37,915 nucleotides of DNA. It comes from an uncultured virus (IMG/VR IMGVR_UViG_3300044723_007864). Its lineage: Duplodnaviria > Heunggongvirae > Uroviricota > Caudoviricetes. Each line of letters opens with the position of its first letter. Position 1 is the stretch's first letter. A model generated the notes under the pieces. It was not told the DNA's origin and did not search any database. It saw only the letters and a program-made list of their open reading frames with translations. The translations under genes were made by a program, and so were the position numbers. Positions 1-10,200 of the stretch are shown one piece after another. The stretch is from IMG/VR virus record IMGVR_UViG_3300044723_007864, one strand, 5' to 3'.

Positions 1-102
1 GCTGATTTGAATTTTAAAAATATTGAGGAGTTGCGTGAATTTGCTAAACAAACTAAAATGCCTTCCGTTGTATTCGATCAACTCCGGCGGTCGATCAAGT
101 GA
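1..102 (+). CDS. 3' end of a hypothetical protein (truncated by window edge)
   Basis: Frame 1 is open from base 1 (ADLNFKNIEELREFAKQTKMPSVVFDQLRRSIK*). Its TGA at 100-102 overlaps the GTG start of the next gene (GTGA coupling). Confidence 0.6.
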   Translation, partial: ADLNFKNIEELREFAKQTKMPSVVFDQLRRSIK

Positions 103-1019
103 AGCCATTCGAAAACTTATGGGTCGAGAAATACAGGCCCAAGACAGTTGATGATATAGTATTATCTCCTGAAAATCGGAGAATTGTTGATAAATTTATA
201 TCAACACAAGATATACCACAGTTGTTATTCATCGGAAACGCCGGCATTGGAAAGACATCTCTAGCTAAAATTATCATAAATGATATTTTAAAATGTCAAT
301 ATCTATATATAAATGCTAGTGATGAAAATGGTATAGAAACAATTAGGAGCAAAGTTACAAGTTTTAGCAAGACAAAAAGTTACGATGGTAGTGTGAAAGT
401 GATAGTGCTAGATGAAGTAGACGGGCTCACGTTAGATGCACAGAGATGTTTGCGTAACACTATGGAAGAATACTGTGAGTTTACACGCTTCATATTAACA
501 GCAAATTATAAACACAAGGTGATTCAAGCATTGCAAAGCAGATGTCAGTTGTTAGACCTCGTACCACCACTGGATATGTACATTGATCGGTGTTTATATG
601 TCTTAAGCAACGAGAGTGTAACTTTGTCAGATGTAGACAAGGTAGATGTAAAGATTTGCTGTAAGCAATCCTATCCGGATTTGAGAAAAGCGATCAACGA
701 GATACAATTGAGAGTGACTGCTGGTAAATGGTCACATAACACCACGCAGAATATCGATAATTTTGTTGAAGGTGTATATCAGGTTGTAAAAACCGGAAAA
801 ACATTAAAACTTCGCAAACATATCATTGAGAATGAAACAAAGTTTAACAGCGATTACCCGGAATTATTAAAATCTTTATTTGATCATGTGCATCATGTTG
901 ATATACCAGCGGATGTCAAAAGAAAACAATTATTAGTAATTGCCGAACACATTTATAGGTCAGCATTTGTTGCTGATCAAGAGATAAACTGTTATAGTTG
1001 TTTGCTCGCGTTAAATTAA
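99..1019 (+). CDS. gp44: Sliding-clamp loader AAA+ ATPase subunit (T4 gp44 / RFC small-subunit-like)
   Basis: WVEKYRP motif, Walker A GNAGIGKT, INASDE, Walker B VLDEVD, AQRCLR and LQSRC (SRC) motifs, C-terminal ADQEIN. Confidence 0.95.
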   Translation: MKPFENLWVEKYRPKTVDDIVLSPENRRIVDKFISTQDIPQLLFIGNAGIGKTSLAKIIINDILKCQYLYINASDENGIETIRSKVTSFSKTKSYDGSVKVIVLDEVDGLTLDAQRCLRNTMEEYCEFTRFILTANYKHKVIQALQSRCQLLDLVPPLDMYIDRCLYVLSNESVTLSDVDKVDVKICCKQSYPDLRKAINEIQLRVTAGKWSHNTTQNIDNFVEGVYQVVKTGKTLKLRKHIIENETKFNSDYPELLKSLFDHVHHVDIPADVKRKQLLVIAEHIYRSAFVADQEINCYSCLLALN

Positions 1020-1576
1020 CGCATGTAAACCGCAGTAGTTATGTTATCAACACTATCTGCTGGTACACCGGGCGTGTCAGTTGTTGTTAATGATTTGTCT
1101 CCTTGATCAATTTTTGTACCAAAACCAGCATTGGTCTCATCTTGACCAACTTCCGGTACAAATTCTACAGGTTCGATGTGTGAGCGATCATCGGCTCTAA
1201 AACTATCAGGAATTGGTGCAAGATTTCCTTCCGTATCAACTACCGCAATCATGTTGATTGGTACAGTCATTAGATCTGTAAACAATCCCGGTGCTCTTTC
1301 GAGCGCTATATCGCAATAATAATCATCCACTTGCTGATCTTGCTGCACCCCACCTCCTGCCGCTGGTCGCTTGGCGAAAACAGAGGCGATACGTATGTTC
1401 AAATCTGTATCTAAAATTTCTTGTATCTTGTCTTTAATGGTGTTAGTCTGATTTTTCAACCACTCATGTTCGAGCACATTGTCAATAAATTTAACAACAT
1501 CTCCTGCTAGCACGCCACCGGCTTGAAATCGTTGAAAGTTGCTTTCGAATATTTTTGTAAATTTGTCCTGGTACAT
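1016..1576 (-). CDS. Hypothetical late protein, possibly virion-associated
   Basis: The ORF track extends it to 1633. ATG at 1576 (MYQDKF) is preferred because an AATAAGTA late-promoter-like box lies 7 nt upstream. Acidic C-terminus. Its stop overlaps the gp44 stop (TTAA). Confidence 0.75.
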   Translation of the reverse strand: MYQDKFTKIFESNFQRFQAGGVLAGDVVKFIDNVLEHEWLKNQTNTIKDKIQEILDTDLNIRIASVFAKRPAAGGGVQQDQQVDDYYCDIALERAPGLFTDLMTVPINMIAVVDTEGNLAPIPDSFRADDRSHIEPVEFVPEVGQDETNAGFGTKIDQGDKSLTTTDTPGVPADSVDNITTAVYMR

Positions 1577-1583
1577 TTGTAAA

Positions 1584-1591
1584 TACTTATT
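1584..1591 (-). promoter_or_regulatory. Putative T4-type late promoter variant (AATAAGTA)
   Basis: Lies 7 nt upstream of ATG 1576, divergent from the gp25 promoter. Confidence 0.5.
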
Positions 1592-1634
1592 ATTTTTAAT
1601 GTAATTTACCAACATTTTAAATACAATGTTCAAG

Positions 1635-1642
1635 CATAAATA
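1635..1642 (+). promoter_or_regulatory. Putative T4-type late promoter (CATAAATA)
   Basis: 7/8 match to TATAAATA, 6 nt before the gp25 ATG at the head of the structural operon. Confidence 0.7.
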
Positions 1643-1648
1643 CTTATA

Positions 1649-2122
1649 ATGCCTACAATCACACTAGATAGCTTCTCAAAAACAAGAACCGCGGAGTCAT
1701 ACACATACACTGATTTGCATCTTGATCTCAAAGAAAATAACATATTAACAGGTAAAGGATTGTACCGAGAACCGACATCTGTAGATATTGAACATGACTA
1801 CGATGAAGCCGCGATTAAAAACTCTCTTAAAAATTTGTTCACAACCATGCCAGGTCAGAAACTTCTCAATCCGGATTATGGTCTGAATTTAGCGCAGTTT
1901 CTTTTTGCACCAGCAAGTACCACCATGGCTAGAATGATTGGTAGTCGTATTGTCGAAGGCATTGAGAAATATGAAAACCGCGTGTCTGTTGTGAATGTAA
2001 ATGTAACGGTCAATGAAGATCTAGCGGAGTATAAAATAGACATGACCTTGAGAATACCTACACTTTCAAACCCATCTGTTGTATTTACAGGTATACTATC
2101 ACAATCCGGATTTGAACTTTAA
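1649..2122 (+). CDS. gp25: Baseplate wedge subunit gp25 (GPW/gp25 family)
   Basis: YTDLHLDL, AIKNSLKNLFTTMPGQKLLNPDYG and IEKYENRV motifs; typical size; directly precedes gp6. Confidence 0.92.
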   Translation: MPTITLDSFSKTRTAESYTYTDLHLDLKENNILTGKGLYREPTSVDIEHDYDEAAIKNSLKNLFTTMPGQKLLNPDYGLNLAQFLFAPASTTMARMIGSRIVEGIEKYENRVSVVNVNVTVNEDLAEYKIDMTLRIPTLSNPSVVFTGILSQSGFEL

Positions 2123-2128
2123 TAAAAA

Positions 2129-3955
2129 ATGAGCGAACAATTTACAGAATTTTCATTATCATCAGATAGTTACGCAGCGTTTGATGCTGTGTCTCTTAAA
2201 AGTCTGATTAAACGTCGATTAGCGGAAAAAAATATATTCAGCGACCATGTTTTTGAGGGGAGTAACCTATCATCAATAATTGATATTATTGCATATAGCT
2301 ACCACACACTATTATTTTATTTGAATAGAACTTCTAGTGAAAGTATATTTACCGAAGCTCAGTTGTATGAGAATATAAATCGAATAGTCAAATTACTCAA
2401 TTACAACCCTACAGGCTACCGCTCATGTGTTTTGACATTTGAGGCCAAAGGCACAATGGATCCCGGCATATACACAATACCGCGGTTCAGTTTAGTTGAT
2501 GTTGGTGGTATAAAATATTCCATCAATAAAGACGTTACATTTACTAAAAATACTGCAGTAGAAGAGCAAATACAATCAATCGGTCAAAATCACTTATTAT
2601 ACCAAGGATCATTTCAAGAATACCCTGTACAGACCGCAATTGGAGAAGATTTCGAGACATTCGTGTTATCGGTTAGTGAGGATATAAAGATTGACACGTT
2701 TAATATATATGTATTTGTCAAGAGACAAGATACATGGAGTGAATACACACAAGTCACAAGTCTCTTAAACACAACACCTACGACTAAAGCATTCGAAAGG
2801 CGACTGAACGAAAATAAACGATATGAGATTAAGTTTGGCAACTCAATTTATGGTGAAAAACTACAAGAAGGTGATCAAGTGGCCATATATTATTTAAAAA
2901 GCGACGGAGATGATGGTGTGATAGGTGCAAATGCGTTGAATGGTAGCTTGACTGCACTAACAACGTCGAGATTTTTAGAAATACGCGAGGGTGTTAAATC
3001 TGTAAACACTATCTATATATCAGTCAGGGATTTGCAGTTATTGACATTGACAAATCAAAATCCGTCAACCAAACCAGGAGAAGAAGAATCAGTTGATAGT
3101 ATCAGGCAGCTAGCTCCGCAGTTCTTTTCCAGTCAGAACAGATTAATAACTAGCGCGGATTTTGAAAATTATATAAATAAAAATTTTAGCAATTTAATAC
3201 TAGGTGCAAAAGTTGTTTCGAATAGCGAGTATATTGACGGTCATTTGACATATGCTGTCAACACATTAGGTTTACAAAAACCCAATCTAGAGTCGCGTAT
3301 ATTATACAATCAAGTCAATTTTGCGAGCTCTACAACGTTCAATAATATATACATTTATGGTGTTCCTAGATTTGAAAAAATAACATCAGCTTCTCCTTTG
3401 GTTAATTACCTTACACCGGCTCAACGTAACTTGATACTTAACAGTGTCAATCGAATCAAACCTATAACTAGCGAGCCAGTTATAATTGACCCGGTTTACA
3501 TGGCAATTGATTTAGGAGCAGCCTTTCCATCGGAACCTCTCACTGTGGAGATGAGGAACAACACACGCCTCAACATCGTGAAGAAACGTGACAGTCAGCG
3601 TGATAGTGACGCAATTCGAGACGAGGCTGTTCAGATAATAACCAGTTTTTTCGGAACATCAAGCGAATTAGGGTATTTACTGGATTTATCATCGATGATT
3701 GCTCAAATATCAACAATACAAGATGTAGTTGATGTGTATATGACACGAGAAGGTGCGGATAATTTGCAGATACAGGGTATTACGTTTTTGAGCTGGAATC
3801 CTGCGTATCCAACAAAGGATATAAGTATAGTGTCACAAAACACTCAATACCCGTATTATAAATTTCCATATCTCTATGATCAATCAACACTGAGTTCAAA
3901 AATTAATGTTATAACGTCAACCGATTACACCACTAGCACTAGTCATTCACACTAA
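2129..3955 (+). CDS. gp6: Baseplate wedge subunit gp6 (baseplate J-like)
   Basis: FEGSNLSSIIDIIAY, EAQLYENINRIVKLLNYNP, YEIKFGNSIYG and EESVDSIRQLAPQFFSSQNRLITSADF motifs, characteristic of T4 gp6. Confidence 0.93.
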   Translation: MSEQFTEFSLSSDSYAAFDAVSLKSLIKRRLAEKNIFSDHVFEGSNLSSIIDIIAYSYHTLLFYLNRTSSESIFTEAQLYENINRIVKLLNYNPTGYRSCVLTFEAKGTMDPGIYTIPRFSLVDVGGIKYSINKDVTFTKNTAVEEQIQSIGQNHLLYQGSFQEYPVQTAIGEDFETFVLSVSEDIKIDTFNIYVFVKRQDTWSEYTQVTSLLNTTPTTKAFERRLNENKRYEIKFGNSIYGEKLQEGDQVAIYYLKSDGDDGVIGANALNGSLTALTTSRFLEIREGVKSVNTIYISVRDLQLLTLTNQNPSTKPGEEESVDSIRQLAPQFFSSQNRLITSADFENYINKNFSNLILGAKVVSNSEYIDGHLTYAVNTLGLQKPNLESRILYNQVNFASSTTFNNIYIYGVPRFEKITSASPLVNYLTPAQRNLILNSVNRIKPITSEPVIIDPVYMAIDLGAAFPSEPLTVEMRNNTRLNIVKKRDSQRDSDAIRDEAVQIITSFFGTSSELGYLLDLSSMIAQISTIQDVVDVYMTREGADNLQIQGITFLSWNPAYPTKDISIVSQNTQYPYYKFPYLYDQSTLSSKINVITSTDYTTSTSHSH

Positions 3956-3957
3956 CA

Positions 3958-6396
3958 ATGTCAAGTTCATACAGGCAGTTAAAACTATTATATAAAAACA
4001 CGCAAGGTGAGTGGGAAGACACGGGTGAGAATGGGGAATTTTTACCAACATTTTACACGCTTGAATCAAATCCTGTGGAGCTGAAGGTTGACTTAAATGA
4101 CGCTACAGTTCAAGATTTGTACTTATCACAGCATACTATAAGATGGTCGTACGGAGCTGGTCAGACTCAAACAGGTCCAGAGTTTAAGATGGTGTATAAT
4201 CGACCTGGTCTTGATGAGATACAGGTGTACGTAGCTAAAAGTGATGGAGGTGTTGTGTCTCGTGGTAATAACAATGGTATACCAAACCCATTGATTGTAA
4301 CCATCAAAAATTTCTTAGGCACTAATATATCTATATCTCCGTCGGGTGGTGATTATGAGATATTACAAGAGGAGCTAACACAAGAAATGATAAACGCGGG
4401 TGTGACGCCGGATACATACACACTCGCACATCTGACTGCGGGAGATGTGAGCATGCCTTTAAAAATAACCACATCCCACACGTGGCAATTATACAGTGAC
4501 ACCGACACACCTAATAAAGTCACATTGTATTCTGATCGAGCTGGTGTTAGATACATATACAATGATGCTGGTGATATTATAGGAGAAGGAACCGAGACAG
4601 CTCCGCTAAAAACAACGAGCTATGACGATAACAAATATGCTCAGTTTCAAAAAACATGGAGATACACAAGTGATTCAGCTGGATTGACTCCGATTGATCA
4701 CCTGTATACCGACACAACAAGATTATATGTTCGAAAATCTCCGGTTGATGGTAATTACGAGTTTTGTAGTGGTTTAGTTCCTGGATCGGAATTTGTAGGA
4801 ACCAGCGGCACGTCAACTATCTATTATGTAGATGATTCCCCGTCAACGATTGGCCCGGATGGTAACAAGGTCGGTTATCGTATGTTAGCTCATTTAGATA
4901 CGGAAAATTGGCCGGATTTATATAGTGATATAATTGATACCAAAACATTCAATTCCGCAAATGATAAAATTGAAACACCTCAGTTATACCAAGCAACATA
5001 CGATAAATTGTTAGTTGATGTGACAACACCCACGCCTACAAAATTATTATTCACGTGCAACGGTATATCCGGTAATGACTTTATCATCACACCAAATAAA
5101 TTTCAAGGGACAAGAATACCATTCGTGATGAGTTTTGCTACTGCTACAGATTCTATAATTAAAGAAGTCGATGAAATCACCCCGGATGTTTTGAAGAATA
5201 CAGATGGATACTCAATAAACAACGCTGTTTTTCTATCTAAAAATGAACCATTTGATGCCGGTACAGCATCAAATGATACATACTATCTGGGTGTATCATC
5301 TGACACTGACTATCAAAATGGAGATATTACCATAGGGTACAATGACTCATTAGCAAATATAAACACGTATAGCTCGATCGGATTATACATACAATCAAAC
5401 GTACCTCTCAATAAAATTAAAATAATCGGCTATGTTAAAACATCAACATACGGTCTAATCACAGGAGAGAGTGACGTGTTTACAATTAACCCGAGCTCTG
5501 GTAAATACACATTTTTTAAAAACGGTGAATACATAGATTATGGTGCGATAATGAATAGTTACATTTTACAGGAGAATATAAACCAACACTCACGTCTCCG
5601 GTTGATGATAAACAGTATATTCGGTGAATTCCAAGATTTACCCTCGGCTTTGGGTAAGATTATATATGAAAAGATTTCAAATTTTGTTAATAACACGGTT
5701 GATATTGACACATGTAGCGTGCAATCACTTTACAGTCTGGCGGATTCCGTTCAATACGAAATAGAAAATTACAATTACTCATACCCAGGTGGCTTGAAGC
5801 GTATTGTTGACACAATGTCTGTAGGTATCAAGAGAGTTATAGGTACACGTGATCTGTATGATGATGATTTTGATACACAAGCCATTTACGGGGATGATGG
5901 TAATATATCATTTGGAAGAAATCTCGGTAGTATGATAGATATAGAAACATACACAGTGTCCGCTGGTGTGCCAATAATAGCCAAGGAGATTTACGGTAAC
6001 AACTACACAAAAATAATACCATCTCACATACCATCTCCAGACATTAACAATCCTTTTTTCGTGAGCACGTACAACATCATGGGATTGAGTCGGTACCCGT
6101 TGATGTCATATGACACGAGTTGGAATTGGGGATTGACATTCCCGGTGGATAACGATTTTTACAACTACTATGATTTTTATCATTATGTTGACAACACAAC
6201 ATATCCGTTATCATCATTTGATCAATCTTCCGGACAGGTTGATTGGGAAAACACGAACAAGTTGAGCAGATATCATCTCACACTACAAGAACAAGCAGGT
6301 ACATATAATGAGTGGTTCGGTCGACATCAAAAAGTAGAAAATATGATAGAGTTCTCGCTCCGTGACGGATTACAACTACTAACACCACCATCATGA
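3958..6396 (+). CDS. Putative baseplate wedge protein (gp7 / P2 gpI-like C-terminal region, PKD-like N-terminus)
   Basis: 812-aa ORF directly after gp6. VDIDTCSVQSLYSLA (about 5700) resembles the gpI/gp7 DxDTCxxxxLxxLA motif. The N-terminus has a WSYGAG beta-sandwich pattern. Confidence 0.6.
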   Translation: MSSSYRQLKLLYKNTQGEWEDTGENGEFLPTFYTLESNPVELKVDLNDATVQDLYLSQHTIRWSYGAGQTQTGPEFKMVYNRPGLDEIQVYVAKSDGGVVSRGNNNGIPNPLIVTIKNFLGTNISISPSGGDYEILQEELTQEMINAGVTPDTYTLAHLTAGDVSMPLKITTSHTWQLYSDTDTPNKVTLYSDRAGVRYIYNDAGDIIGEGTETAPLKTTSYDDNKYAQFQKTWRYTSDSAGLTPIDHLYTDTTRLYVRKSPVDGNYEFCSGLVPGSEFVGTSGTSTIYYVDDSPSTIGPDGNKVGYRMLAHLDTENWPDLYSDIIDTKTFNSANDKIETPQLYQATYDKLLVDVTTPTPTKLLFTCNGISGNDFIITPNKFQGTRIPFVMSFATATDSIIKEVDEITPDVLKNTDGYSINNAVFLSKNEPFDAGTASNDTYYLGVSSDTDYQNGDITIGYNDSLANINTYSSIGLYIQSNVPLNKIKIIGYVKTSTYGLITGESDVFTINPSSGKYTFFKNGEYIDYGAIMNSYILQENINQHSRLRLMINSIFGEFQDLPSALGKIIYEKISNFVNNTVDIDTCSVQSLYSLADSVQYEIENYNYSYPGGLKRIVDTMSVGIKRVIGTRDLYDDDFDTQAIYGDDGNISFGRNLGSMIDIETYTVSAGVPIIAKEIYGNNYTKIIPSHIPSPDINNPFFVSTYNIMGLSRYPLMSYDTSWNWGLTFPVDNDFYNYYDFYHYVDNTTYPLSSFDQSSGQVDWENTNKLSRYHLTLQEQAGTYNEWFGRHQKVENMIEFSLRDGLQLLTPPS

Positions 6397-6397
6397 T

Positions 6398-7210
6398 ATG
6401 AAAACATTAAGATTTTCTGATACCGCTGTGTTGAACAGCGTGACAAACTCCCGATCAACAACATTTGATGATATTACCGCTCCTTACACGCTGTTAGAGT
6501 GGTTGGATCGCACATCAAACACTGGATCTGCAGATGTGAGAGTACAACAGTACAATGATTATTTGAAAGTGTGGAGGACCGTATCCAATCAAACAACACA
6601 GAAGAACAATCTGAGTATCAAACAAGTGTACATCCGCTTTCTTAAGGAGTTGTCATTAAATTACACAACAGCAGAAGAGCGTAGATTTTTATCAAACGTT
6701 AACCTGGAGAATGACCTAGAAATTGATGCGGCCCTGTCTTTTTATGCGCTACGCATACGTGAAATAATAGAAAATGTGTATCAAAATAGACATCAAGTAA
6801 CATTTCAAAAAGAAAGACACAGTTGGAAAGGTACACCACACGGTATAGAAAGAGCGATATATGATGATCTGGTGAGATACGCTGTTTATATAAAATCTCC
6901 CGCGTTAAACACCACAATAAATAAAACCAAGATTTTAATCAAAGAATTATACGATTTAAATCAATCATACCATGACACATCATACAAATACACCCCTGGA
7001 GGAGAATTTTTAACACAGAGTGGTATCATATATACCGGTTATTATCACAAGCATTATCACGAGGATGGTCGAGTGTTGTACATGGAGGGTAAAACGCATA
7101 CAGATGAACCTCACAACACGCTAGTACAGCTTGCGACATCAGTCAACACTACATCGACAGCTATAGCTGTTAATCCTGTTGCGACTACTACAAATAGTAC
7201 CAGTTATTGA
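6398..7210 (+). CDS. Hypothetical virion structural protein with C-terminal His-rich module and Thr/Ser tail
   Basis: 270-aa ORF tightly coupled within the baseplate operon; contains YTPGGEF...YTGYYHKHYH...EGKTH. Confidence 0.75.
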   Translation: MKTLRFSDTAVLNSVTNSRSTTFDDITAPYTLLEWLDRTSNTGSADVRVQQYNDYLKVWRTVSNQTTQKNNLSIKQVYIRFLKELSLNYTTAEERRFLSNVNLENDLEIDAALSFYALRIREIIENVYQNRHQVTFQKERHSWKGTPHGIERAIYDDLVRYAVYIKSPALNTTINKTKILIKELYDLNQSYHDTSYKYTPGGEFLTQSGIIYTGYYHKHYHEDGRVLYMEGKTHTDEPHNTLVQLATSVNTTSTAIAVNPVATTTNSTSY

Positions 7211-7231
7211 GTTTATATAACCATTACCCGG

Positions 7232-7239
7232 TATAAATA
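7232..7239 (+). promoter_or_regulatory. T4-type late promoter (TATAAATA)
   Basis: Perfect consensus in a 35-nt intergenic gap, 6 nt before GTG 7246. Confidence 0.8.
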
Positions 7240-7245
7240 ATTATA

Positions 7246-10200
7246 GTGAACCCAACACCTGATGATTTCAAGCCACATGAGTATGACCCGGTATTCGGTA
7301 TTGATGTAGATACCGCGGTTTCCGCTCTCTTGGAAAAAAGAGGTGTGACAAGTGTGGATCAATTACCTCTTTCCGCATTTTCAAATTACACTGCATCTAG
7401 AGACACACTCAATGAACATCAACAACTAATTGGAGCAAGTCAGTTTATTGGTAATGATCTAATTTATGTATCAGGTGGATCCACTCCCGGTAGTTACACA
7501 ACAGGTACACTCGTAACACCAGAAAATCCGGCAAGGAATTTACTCAACATAAACAATCCGACGGTGAACAACATACCGCATGCGGAAAGATTAACAGAGG
7601 AACAGATTGGTAGATTTTTCTTACCTAAACACACCACGCCTCTGACATACGCAAGCTTCTCTCACAAGCATGTCATTTTGACCGAAAAAATCTCCCCCGG
7701 ACAGGTGTATGTTTTGGCGGATCCTACCATATATGGTAGTGGTTTTGGTGCTGGTGTGAGCGAAGCTGACAATCCTGTTGATCATGTGGAAGATCTTTCA
7801 TGGATTCAATCACCTCCTGTTATTGTGGGTGCACAGGGTCGGATCAGAGGTTCTGTGAAAATGCCATTGTACAACGGTTATACATCAATCGAACAAACAT
7901 TAGGCGCGCCACAGTTTGGTGTGAGTAGATACACAGACAATTTCGATTTCTGGGCCGGGTCGCCAACTGGTGAGATATGGGCTAATGCTGATATATATCC
8001 GCTTACAGAAGCAAACAAATATGATTTGATCACTCGAGGTACTGATCTGTTGTCTGATTTTTGTGATATACCATACAAAAACAAAACCGATGTTTATGGT
8101 AATCATTATGTCATGTTCAAACTCGGTACAGAGAATCCGAAAAATCCGGCCGGTGGATCAGACACAGATGGTGATGGTATTGATGACGATATAAGATCCG
8201 GGCTTGGTACTCCTGATTATTATGGTGATGATGGCGGTGTGGAGCCTGTGTTCACCGAGACAGGCACAGCTGGTGGAGGTAATGGTCTAGGTAACACTGG
8301 ATTGGACACGGGTGGATCGATTGATGATGGTGATCGGCAAGTGGATGAAACAGGCGAAACAACGGATGGTGGTAATGACTATTTTGATTATGAGTTTTCA
8401 GATGAAACAGGTGATGTTAATATCACAACATGTAACTATTGGTTGAATGGCGGTGGATCATTTTCAGATTCGGTTTCCGCGGTCAAACTAGACACAGATG
8501 GTGGTGGTATAACAACCATAATTGACGGTGGGTGGCGTGTGTGGGATCCTAGTGATAATGCGAGTGCGAATCAAGTTGATGTCACACCGACAGGCACATT
8601 GAACGGGTTTTACGATGAAGCAGCATATGCTGCTGATAGTGGTAGCTTCGATCCAGTTAATGATGATGCCACGTGGTTTCCGAACTATGCATACGTGAAT
8701 GGCACCAACAATAATGCCGAGCCTCTAGAGGATTACCGGGCATTTCCCCGAATTTCGATCTTACCTGTTAATTGTAGCGAACCAGACAAATGTAATTTCA
8801 CAGTGTCATTTGGTCAAAATGGAGACACTGCGTATAGAAGCACAACTACTCGTGAGGAAAATGAAGATAATCATCGAATGATCGTGGCTGATGGTGGGTG
8901 GTATCAAAACGGTTCAAGTCCAACCACCGCTGGAGCCACGTTTAAACGTCAACAGTGTGACAGACAATCGTATGTGTTGACATTATATGACGATGCAGAA
9001 CCGGATTTCGGTAACAATATATTTGCATGTAAGATGTATAGAATCACACTCAATGCACGGTCATATGTTGGTAGTTCCACAGCACGTACATGGTACAGTA
9101 ACAGATATAATACACCACCGGGTGAAGTATCACCACAATGGGTTCAGGATTATGCGTATGCTAAATGGCGTGGTCCATTGAATTTCACCGAACATTATAA
9201 CCCTATAGATTATAGAGTGAACGGTATACCAACAATCAATTATGCTGGTACAAAAGCTCAGTTACAGGCAGATGGTATGTCAGACATATTGTTCGATTAC
9301 TTGACCGAATATGAAGCGTTTCTGATGAGAATATCACCAATTGAAGGCTCTGGTTCCTGGACAATAGATGGAGACACAACAACACACTCATTTTTTGACG
9401 AGACATCACACGAGCAAGGTACACGAGCTGGTATATATGGTCACCCTGATCTCTTATATTACAAGCATCAAGGAACTTTCACGGATGGTACAGAGTATAG
9501 TCAAGTTTCCGGATCTTTGTCGTGGATTCGCCCTGAAGCATTTACAGATGGTCAAATCGTGCTGGATGATATGTACGGTCAGCTAGCGAGAGACACTGTA
9601 AAAGTCGGAGGAAACAAAGCCACACAATTTCCACAGATACCGTGGGATATAACTACTCAATCCGGGGCAAACAATAGAGATCTCAACATACCACTGGATG
9701 GTAACAACGTTACATATTATCTTGGGTTGAATTGTAACAACGTGTGTGAATATCAATTTTTTGACAGCGTGTTATTGATGTGTGATGAACGCAACAACGC
9801 ACGAGCCAAGACAGAGCTAACACTAAATCGTCAAGTGAACAACACACACCCGATGGTTTCTGAACGAGGTAAGGTGTACAGAAGCAAAAGAGGTTATTTT
9901 CCTCCCCCGGTTGGTCATCTTCGCCGCCAGCAAACACATCCAATCGGTGTCGGCGGCCAACAAGGTGAAGACAAGCCAATTTTGGATAATTTTTTATCGG
10001 AAACTGATCGCGGCACCGGTTCTGATGGCTTTCTAGTGCATGATGTATGGGACGCTGGTGGTTTTGGAGCCAGACCAGGATTAGTAGATACAGAGTTTGT
10101 AGAACCAGCACCGATCGGTCCACCAGATGCTCCACCACCAGAGATACCAGTACCTGTAGTACCTGGCCCTGAAAATCCCGGAGCTGGATGTGGTGTATTC

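Noticed and set aside
3172..3179. TATAAATA inside gp6 (similar internal boxes near 6915, 16312 and 30663)
   Set aside because: None is followed by a plausible gene start; such matches are expected by chance in AT-rich sequence.
7208..7246. Stop-codon read-through or alternative genetic code joining adjacent structural ORFs
   Set aside because: The ORFs are out of frame, a further in-frame TAA follows, and a late promoter lies between them. TAA, TAG and TGA all act as stops at tight gene junctions.
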